Source: Octopus sinensis
Lineage: Eukaryota
NCBI RefSeq assembly: GCF_006345805.1
Contig: NC_043005.1
Coordinates: 35,650,001 to 35,714,000, forward strand
Direction of reading: 5' to 3'
DNA: 64,000 nucleotides
Shown here: piece after piece, positions 54,557 through 64,000 of the stretch
Numbering within the stretch: the first letter of the stretch is position 1
Layout: every line of letters starts with the position of its first letter
Notes under the pieces: generated by a model
Seen by the model: the letters and a program-made list of their open reading frames with translations, nothing else
Told to the model about the DNA's origin: nothing
The model's database searches: none
Program-made: the position numbers and the translations under genes

Positions 54557-54782
54557 TATTTCTTTATTACCCACAAGGGGCTAAACACAGAGGGGACAAA
54601 CAAGGACAGACATAGGTATTAAGTCGATTACATCGACCCCAGTGCGTAACTGGTACTTAATTTATCGACCCCGAAAGGATAAAAGGCAAAGTCGACCTCG
54701 GCGGAATTTGAACTCACAACGTAACGGCAGACGAAATACCGCTAAGCATTTCGCCCGGCGTGCTAACGTTTCTGCCAGCTTG
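54557..54782 (-). mobile_element. SINE group A long form
   Basis: TSD ccaatacc at 54549-54556 and 54783-54790. Confidence 0.9.
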
Positions 54783-55515
54783 CCAATACCGTCGCTGTCC
54801 CCACCACCACCACCACCGCCGCCGCCACAATCAACAACAACAACAAAACCAACACCACCACAACCACCACCAACAACAATAACACTAACATCAACATCGC
54901 TACCACCATCACCAGCACTACCCGCACCAATACCGCCGTTGCCACTTCTACCACTACCACCACCACCACTACTGCCGCCGCCGCCGCCATCTCCATCCCC
55001 ATCCACCAACACCTCCTGTTGCCAACCTCCCCTGCACCCTCTCTTATCTTAAATCTCTTTATAGAACCACAAACAAAACTTATCATTCTCACTTTATTTG
55101 ACATTCTACCGTCGATTGTCATGTTGTTGCTGTTGTTGTTATTGTTATTACCGTTGTTGCTGTGGTGGTGGTGGTGGTGGTGGTGGTGGTGGTGGTGGTT
55201 GGTGGTGGTGGTGGTAGTTGTGATGATGTTGATGGCGCAGCGGTTGTAGCAATAATTATAACAAAAACTCGGCAAGCTGGCAAAATCGTTAGCATGCCGG
55301 GCAAAATGCTTAGCGGTATTTCGACCGACTTTACGTTCTGAGTTCAAATTCTACTGCGGTTGACTTTTCCTTTCATCCTTTCGGGGTCGATAAAATAAGT
55401 ACAAGTTGAGCAGTGAGGTCGATTTCATTGACTTACCTCCTACCCCGAAATTGTTGGCCTTGTGCTAAATTTTGAAACCAATATTGCAACTGAAACTTTT
55501 AAAATAACAATAATG

Positions 55516-58300
55516 ATTTCTTTTATTTGCCACGAGGGCGAAGGATGAGGGTACCAATACAAAGACAGACATAAAATGTATGGGTTTGCATATAATGGAA
55601 TGACAAAAGAAAAATGACGAAGTACACACAGTATACGGCAATAATAAAAAGCAATTGTGTTGGGTGGGGTCATCTTGATACAGGAGGATCACTGGGGATG
55701 ATCAAGAAACCCCACCGTCCAAGATCACCCTGAATACTATGGAAAATATTTTTTCCAACTCCTTTCCTCCGACTCACAGGTCTATACTGAGAGTGGTATC
55801 ACCCACTCTTGCCATTTTCGCACCTTCCACCCATTTTTTCATAAATTCACTCGAGGACAGTACCTTCCTCTCCACCCACACTTTCCTTTTCAAATGAAAC
55901 TTGAAAAAGTCGATGAAGGCTTTACCAAAGAGGTATGTCTTTGTCCTCATTCCTTTCAGCCTCGTCCACCAGACAACCTCTTTCACCACAGCAACGAGGC
56001 AAAGAAAAACTGCCTTGCCTGCTCGATTAAAGGGAGGGAGGCGGGGCAGTCATCACTATGGACTCGGATGACGGACGTATCCGTCCCACATGGAACAGCA
56101 ACTCCACAAGTCAGTAATTACCGGACACTGAACGAGTGCATCCCGAACAGTTTCGTCGCACCTCGGACCAGGGTTGCCACTCATCAAATAATAAAACACC
56201 CAGATTATTTACTGCAAAAAACCCAGATCCTATTTTATAAGCCCAGAAGTTAGAAAACAGGTATTTAAATGGTAATTTAATGGTAAAATATGTTGTATGA
56301 CAAAATAAATACAGAATTTAATATTTACTTTATATCACATGGCAGCTAATTGTCAATTTCATACATATCCACATCATCTTCATTCACTCCTTCAATGGTG
56401 ATAGACTCATTTTCTTCCTTTTTGAAGTTCAATCTACTCGTATATCTACGATGACAAGGCCCATCCACTACATCTTTAATTAGTTTAGCGTTCGGCTCCC
56501 AAGAAATGCATGACGCTCCCTTTCTTGTTTAACGATAAGATGATCGGTGATCGTTTCGGCCTTCAACCTATTAGTGAAGTTAGTCTTTGTGCAATTTACT
56601 TGGGAAAATATGCGCTCCACGCACGCTGATGAATGAGGTAACACCGTCAAATTAATTATGAATTGTGACAGCCTCTCAAATTTAGAGTGGTCAAGCCCTG
56701 TCTTTAAGTAAAAAGTTATGAATTGTGACAGCCTCTCAAATTTAGAGTGGTCAAGCCCTGTCTTTAAGTAAAAAGTAAAAAGTTAAGTCCTTTAAAAAGG
56801 ACTCGAGATACGAAGGTAACACCTTCACTGCATGATTTGAACAAAGAGCAAATGAATAGCAAACATAGCCTATACAGTCGGAATATCGTTTCTCAGTAAC
56901 TTTTGAAACCTGCTCTTGCTACCCATCGTTGTTGAACAATTATCGCTGGCAAATCCAAGTATGTTGCTCATAGATACATCGCCTTTTGGAAGCGAAGACT
57001 TGACAACGTCGTACAAAACCTAAGACGAACCATTTACTATTACAATTGCATCCAGAAGAGCATCCTTGACATTAAGCAATTGTTCATCAAAAAAGTGAAA
57101 AACTATTGCTAAGATTTGTGTCGCTGAGATGTCCGAACTCGCATCTATCAATAATGAAAACTTTTGCTTCTTGAGAACCTCCAAGAATTCATCTTGTTCA
57201 TAATGTGCAATATATGTTAATTTTGTGGTTTTCATTTCTTGATTTTAACCTATTTCACTATCGGGAAAAGCCTTTTTACAAATTTCAGCTAAGTGATTTA
57301 TATGCATGAAAGGTACGTGATGTTCAGCAACATAACCTGTTAGTAGCAAGTCTGCCTTAGCTACTTTTTCACTTAATATATCATCTGCTTTTTTTTTAAC
57401 AATAAATGATTCTAATTTAATTGCAGATTTCGCACAATCAAAAGCTTTCTTGTGTTCTACAGTGTTTTTATGGGCTAACAGTATTGATTTGTTAGCATTT
57501 TTCAACACAACGTTACAACAAACACAGTAGCAGGTGTCAGGAATTTTATCATTTTGCCGAACCAGTCTTTAAGCTCAGCATCCTCCAACCACGACTTCTT
57601 GAAACTTTGGGTATACCACTTCCTCTTTTTGGACACACTATTGTCTGCAATTACTTCGCAAAGGGTTACAAAACAAAAACACTCACTCAAAATGTTGTTA
57701 AACAAATTATTTTAAATCGTGAGTAACAACACAGTCAAGCTGTCAACTGGTGATGTCAGAGTTTCAGACAAGTGTACAAGCGACCACCAACACGCTATAA
57801 CTTGCAGTTGCCCGGTATGATACAAGTATAAACAAATAATGAACGCGTACGATCGGTAATTACGTCACATAAATATTTGTATCGATAAATTCATTACGTG
57901 AGATGATTATGGATGATATATAGAAAGTTTACAAAGTATTAGAAGAGGTGCAACTTTGGTACATATTGCATACAAAGAGTATGACACCGAATTCTCTTTA
58001 AAAGTTAAGTTTGCAGCCAAAACTAACTTAAAAACCCAGATTTAATGTAAATTTGGAAATTAAATCCCATAAACCCATTATTGCTTCAAAAACCCCAGAT
58101 CTGGTTGGAAAACCCATCAGTGGCATCCCTGCCTGTGACAAGCCTTTCTGACAGCACATACGTGCCTATAGAGTTTATCTCGAACCGGCAGTATCCCCGG
58201 TAGCACTGCCTAGCTAAAAACATCTGGAAATTGTCCATAATAGTCCCCGACCGAAAAGTCCTTCGGAACAGACAAGTCAGTTTGTCTTCGTCAACGAAGT
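55516..58300 (-). mobile_element. Tx1/L1-like LINE 3' end, split by a hAT insertion
   Basis: Minus strand FLARQCYRG/LPVRDKLYRH...C | CPRCDETVRDALVQCP (zf-RVT/CCHC) across the insertion; ORF 55774-55989 (KEVVWWTR...FMKKW); 3' UTR ends aataaaagaaat. Confidence 0.75.
56169..58131 (-). mobile_element. Internally deleted, degenerate hAT transposon
   Basis: TIRs cagggttgccac / gtggcatccctg; 8-bp TSD cctcggac vs cctgtgac (6/8); TTF-like zinc finger (FKKSWLE...CVCC...H...H), LLIDASSD, GFASDN, LPHSSACVERIFS. Confidence 0.9.
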
Positions 58301-58342
58301 TTATCTTGTCAGTTTATCTCAGTCGCACTTTTCCGCCATTAA

Positions 58343-58920
58343 TCTTCTATAAATAGCTTAAGTGGAACATGTCCGTCTGTCTATCTGTTCCTCTTCACGG
58401 TCAAACGGCTGGACCAATGGTCACGATGTTTTCCAGGATTACGAAGGAGGTAATCAGGAAGGCTTTTAGCGAAAAAAATGTGACAAAGTATGATTATTAA
58501 GTAGATATTGAGTTTTGTATTAATAAATCACCTTTGTTTTTTTGTTTTTGTTTATGTTTTTTTTTTTTGCTAAAATTCCGACGACTAGGATTAATTCTGG
58601 ATTTCTTCCCCATGTAGCGCGTGAATTTAGAGGGTTTAGATTTGCGATACTATCCCTTTATTTCTCATCATAGATGGGCAGATTTGCCATCTTACTATAT
58701 TGGGCGTCACGTCCGTCTCTTTGTCTGTTCCCTCTCCACGGTCAGACGGCTGGACCAATGATTACGATAGTTTTCGGGATGACAAAGACAGTCGTATGAT
58801 TATGTCGTGGATATCGAAATATGTATGATTATCGATTTTTGAATTGATAAACTACCTTCGCATTTTTATTAAAAATTCAGTGACCAAGAGTAACTCTGGA
58901 TTTTAATCGTATAGCTCGTG
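58343..58920 (+). mobile_element. Two tandem, diverged Helitron-like units (about 345-bp period)
   Basis: gtccgtct...ctgttcc...cacggtca(a/g)acggctggaccaatg repeated at about 58371 and 58711, each preceded by a TC-TAT-type start. Confidence 0.45.
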
Positions 58921-60191
58921 GCCCCATCGTAGATACGAAGGGGGTAGCGAAAATAAAATGGGAAAAACTTGTATCAGTATATAATGTGTATGATTATTTA
59001 GTAGTTATTGAAGTGTCAGTCCCGAGTAGGATTCGAAACGGCTAATTGAAGTGGCTGTTGGTTACATCTCAGTTTTGTCAATCAAAATAACCCATGGTGC
59101 CAGAACATCTAGACATTATTCGTATAGAACAGTGCATTCACAGCAAACAAGGAACAGAGCCAGACTTTAGAACATGTAGGTGTATTTTTACCCACTCTGA
59201 TATCGCGTGGGCAGAGTTACAGAGGCGATCACCCCATGAAAGCAAATTTTCAAAACATTCAAAACTTTCAGAAGAAATAAGTTGTACTTATCAATAAAAA
59301 ATAGCGCACCTTGTTTACAATACTTGTCTTGCTTGTGTTCTGAAACCCACTCTAAGCCACACTGTGAGAAGGGATTTGCAAGAGAGATGCAGGCAGACAG
59401 ACAGACAGACAGAAAAAAGAGAGAGGGGAGAGAGAAAGAGAGTTAGTGAGGTTAAGGAATGTTCCCTTACACTGGTGATTCGCGTGTGTTATAAACATAC
59501 ATCATCCAATGAGAGGAGATATTCTCTGATGATGAAAAACAACAGGGATCAGATATTTACGTCCGAAATGTACTTGAATGGATTCCTGTTGTTCTGTAAG
59601 CACCCCAAGGATGATTATTTGTTTGGTAGACTTCAGTACATATCAGCAAATAATTTATTTGTTGATATTAATGAACAAGATTCTGTACTCATGTTAGATT
59701 CATTGTCCGGGGATAGATTTAACTGAAGAGACACACAATAAGGCCGAAACGCAACAGTATCTCAAAGCCCACTTACATCAATGAGTAGAGTGTTATGAAG
59801 ACTTCGTCAAAAGGAAGACATTCTCAGACGACGAGAAAAAACAGCGATTAGTGTCATCATATTCGAATCTGCTTTAACAGTACTTATCGATGACGAATGG
59901 ATATGTTAATGTAGGGAAGTATGCCTTTATTAAAGCTATAGAAAGAAACGTCTAACAGTTTGAAGTTGTCTCCCTTGTGTTGTAAACCTACAAATATGAA
60001 AAGTCTTCTCCCTTGTTCTCATATAATTATGAACGGAATATATATATGTTATTTGGATGTGCTTTTTTAAATTTTCAGTAAACAGAATCCATCCCATTTC
60101 AACACTTATCTCCCCAGCAAGTTAACATCTCATTAACCCATTCCGTATCTTCCTTCAGCGGTTCTAGTTACGAAAATACTTCCACTGTATA

Positions 60192-60235
<44 letters not shown>

Positions 60236-60969
60236 AGTATGTGTGTGTGTGTGTGTGTGTTTGTGTGCGTGCGTGCATGTGTGTGTGCATATTTATATAT
60301 GTATATGCATATGCACATACATATATATATTATTCACACACACACATATATAGAAAGAGAGTGACAGAAAGAGAGGCAGAGCAAGACAGAGAGATAAAGG
60401 AAAAAACCTTATGTAAATATACATACATGTATATATACATACACATGTCATGTATGTGTATGTGTATGCTTATAGGGAGGATATATTCATGGATGTTCAA
60501 AATCTGTTCCAAATGTTGAAAACCTTTCTCATAGTTGCAATGTTAACACCAAACACAAGTATAATCAAATAGACAGATAATTCATTACATGTTATAATAA
60601 CCATCCCGTCTCGAAAACTTGTCTTCTCACCTACCAATAAAAATCTTATGAAACGCAATAAATAAGATAAGCTATTGCTTCTAAGCACACCACTTAGATA
60701 TTATCTCATAGCTGGATCATAATTCTATAGAATGTATATACATCACTCAGCAAGCAATGAACATACACACACACACATAGGTGTAGCAAAAAATTCTAAA
60801 TTCACTGTTCTTGATGAATGTTTCAACAGCAAACACAGTTCAAACCATAATGGTGACTGAAAACAAACGGTTATTAAACATTAGCTTCATGGAAAGAGCA
60901 CCACCATCAGCCTAACATCACGGCAGCGGGAGGTTTTTCTACTGCACACAGTCTACATATGTGTGTGTG

Positions 60970-61180
60970 CTTACGTAATCACATGTGAATCGTTGGCGAT
61001 TTTCTTCCTTCGTCTTCCTTTCTATTGGACTTAACTCTTATACTGAAGAAGAGCATTGCTCGAAACGTTAAATCCTCTTTCTTTCCTTCTCTGAGCGTCG
61101 GCTAATACTTTACATGTACCCCGTCCTCGCGTTGTTGTGTTTTTTTCTGTTTGTTCTTCTTCTTTTTGGGGGCTTACTAT
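60970..61180 (+). mobile_element. PLE-derived pseudo-LTR fragment with a degenerate HHR (61043-61070)
   Basis: CTGAAGA-a-gagc-att-gctc-GAAA-cg-TT; stem I poor; ends in (TA)n. Confidence 0.55.
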
Positions 61181-61488
61181 ATATATATATATATTATATA
61201 TATATATATATATATGATAACAATAATAATAATATAATAATAATAATAATAATAAATGAATGCGCCCTTTTAAAGCCTAGCCAGGCTCATGGGCCCGGTT
61301 TCCCGGTTTCAATGGCGTATGTGTTCTCCAGCTGGATGGGACTCCAGTCCATCGCAGCGTTACGCAGCGTCCATAGCAACGTGAAATGAAGTGTTTGCTC
61401 AAGAACACAACGCGTCGCCCGGTCCAGGAATCGAAACCATAATCTTACGGTCATGATGCTGACACCCTAACCAAAAGCCACGCGCCTC

Positions 61489-61552
<64 letters not shown>

Positions 61553-61587
61553 ATATATATATATATACATACACACACACACACACA

Positions 61588-61626
<39 letters not shown>

Positions 61627-61926
61627 ACACACACACACACACACACCACACACCACACACACATATATATATATGAATAGCTTTGAATAGCTTTGCGTAA
61701 ACCATGGTCCGTTTTGTTCTCTTACTTTATTATCATCTTAAAATCATCTCATAATAATGACTTTTATGACTCGTATTACTACCTCAGTCAATCTAAATGT
61801 ATATATTTGTCGTTACCTGTCATAAATAGGCTTTTTTTATTTACAACGTGCATTTTCGTTGATTCTTCATATTTTACCCTTACATTTCCACGTGTATTTT
61901 ATATTTTCTTTTCGTAATATATTTCT

Positions 61927-63330
61927 AGCCGTGAAAATTGAAAAGAAGGAACGCTTCAGTTATGAATACAAAATCGCGGCAAATGCCAGTAGCAATCCAA
62001 AAACCTTCAGCAAGATGTTCGAAACCATCCTTAAGAAAAGTATGATGCTCCACCTCCTAAACACAGCCTCGATCACTGATTCCCAACACGGCTTCGTGCC
62101 GAAGAGATCATGCTTGACCAACTTACTAGTAATGGAAGAATTGGTGACGCGCATCCTCGATGATAGTGATGCTGTTGACATCGTCTTATTGGACTTTGCC
62201 AAAGCTTTTGACTCGGTAAACCACCGCCTACTACTTGTCAAGCTTCAAGCATATAGTTTCCATCCGGATATTGTACGATGGGTTGGTGCCTTCCTCTCAG
62301 ATCGCTCCTTCCAAGTTCAAGTTAATGGTTCGCGGTCCGACGTCTCCAGTGCGAGCAGTGGCGTGCCTCAAGGTTCAGTGCTTGGGCCCTTGTTGTTCTT
62401 AGTCTTCATAAATGACTTGCCCGACGACCTCACGCAACACACCCTTCTATTTGCCGACGATATCAAACTGGTCGCTCCTCGCGGTAGTATAGAGGATCTT
62501 CGTCGATGCCTCCACAAATTTGGAAGTGGTCTAACGATTGGGACCTGTGCCTGAACGTGTCAAAGTGCTGTCATCTGCCTGTCGGCTCTACTCCTGCAAC
62601 TCAACTTGATTTCGAGCCGGGTCGTCTGCTGCTGGAGAGGACCGATCAGGTAAAGGACCTGGGTATCTTGGTGGATTCCTCCTTTTCGCCTTCGGCCCAG
62701 TGCGTCCATGCTGCCAACAAAGTGCGCGGAATTCTGTTTTTGATTCGACGGTCATTCGGAATGCTCACAGCAGCCATATTCCTGCCACTCTATGTCACGC
62801 TGGTGAGACCCATATTGGAGTATGGGATTCAAGCCTCTTCTCCTTATCTCCTCAAAGACATACAGCACCCCGAAAGAGTCCAGAGGCTGGCTACCCGCAT
62901 GGTTCATGGTCTCAAAAATTTGTCCTACGAAGAAAGGCTGAGGACGCTCGACCTTTGTTCTCTTGAAAAACGCCGCCGCCGTGGTGATCTCATTCTCGCC
63001 CACAACATCATAAGCGGGAAGTGTAACCTCTCGAAAGAGCTGTTCTTCACTCCTGCTCCGGAGCGTCGGCTGCGGGGTCATTCCGAAAAGCTCTACCTGC
63101 GACGATTTCATCTCAATCGAAGGAGAGGAGCTTTCTCCGTCCGGGTTGCGGATCCGTGGAACAAGCTGCCAGACGAGATGGTGAAGATGCCGACGACCGC
63201 TTTGTTCAAAGCCTCCCTGGACCTCAAGTGGCCTGAACTCTTTACATGAACACCACCCTGTACTTAACTCCATGTCCCCCTACATGGCCTTGCTATTTGC
63301 TTTTGAGCCAAATTAACTAACTAACTAACT

Positions 63331-63333
<3 letters not shown>
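61927..63333 (+). mobile_element. Second CR1-type LINE copy, 5'-truncated with an internal deletion, (AACT)n tail
   Basis: ORFs 61859-62554 and 62506-63249 are nearly identical to 36901-38764; C-terminus RLRGHSEKL...FSVRVADPWNKLP is intact. Confidence 0.95.
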
Positions 63334-63373
<40 letters not shown>

Positions 63374-63535
63374 GCATACGTATGCATGCAAGCATTATAT
63401 ATGTAAGAACGTGAGTGTATGTGTGTATGAGAAATTGTTTGGATATATATGTCCCAGCATGGCCGCAACCTAATGAGTAGACCAACTAAAAGGTAAAAGA
63501 TGCATACATGTATGTGTGTGTGTGTGTGTGTGTTT

Positions 63536-63538
63536 ATG

Positions 63539-63569
<31 letters not shown>

Positions 63570-63590
63570 GTTTGTATGTATGTATGTATG

Positions 63591-63621
<31 letters not shown>

Positions 63622-63705
63622 GTTTGTATGTATGTATGTATGTATGTATGTATGTATGTATGTATGTATGTATGTATGTAGTTTGTATGTATGTATGTAT
63701 GTATG

Positions 63706-63736
<31 letters not shown>

Positions 63737-63797
63737 GTTTGTATGTATGTATGTATGTATGTATGTATGTATGTATGTATGTATGTATGTATGTATG
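63536..63797. repeat. (TATG)n array punctuated by (a)agttt
   Basis: Direct reading. Confidence 0.9.
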
Positions 63798-64000
63798 GTG
63801 TCGATTTGTTCGACTAAAGCAGCGCTCCAGAATGAGCGCAGTCAAATGACTGAAACAAGTAAAAGAATATGTGTGTGTACATGTGTATGGCTATATATAT
63901 ATGTGTGTGTGTGTGTGTGCATATATATACACACGCAGATAAAGATATGTATGTGTGTGGATATGTTTGTGTGTGTGTTTGCGCGTATGTTTGTCAGTGT

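Noticed and set aside
59525-59760. CTGATGA...GAAA and CTGAAGA...GAAA motifs
   Set aside because: Stems I-III do not pair convincingly; at most very old HHR relics.

Overview
AT-rich eukaryotic repeat landscape with no host protein-coding exon that I can recognise. The SINE families and extreme microsatellite density suggest a coleoid cephalopod, probably Octopus (inference). Almost all ORFs in the track are microsatellite translations. The real coding signal is transposon-derived: two near-identical CR1-type LINE copies, R4/Dong-like, RTE-type, Tx1/L1-like and Penelope-like (PLE) remnants, and Tc1, maT (DD37D), pogo/Tigger and hAT remnants. MITEs, Helitron-like elements and three tRNA-derived SINE groups are also present. 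The main hidden signal is RNA structure. (1) Many short elements embedded in (TA)n, several of them long head-to-head palindromes, carry minimal type I hammerhead ribozyme (HHR) motifs of the PLE kind, including U3-A8 and A6U core variants. (2) A 76-nt GC-rich motif at 29431-29506 contains all three hammerhead core strands with their stem I and III partners, in a non-cyclic (pseudoknotted) order that fits none of types I/II/III. (3) A SINE whose tail matches the Tx1-like LINE 3' end repeatedly inserts at GGTA(T). All ribozyme calls come from reading motifs and pairings by eye, and activity is untested.
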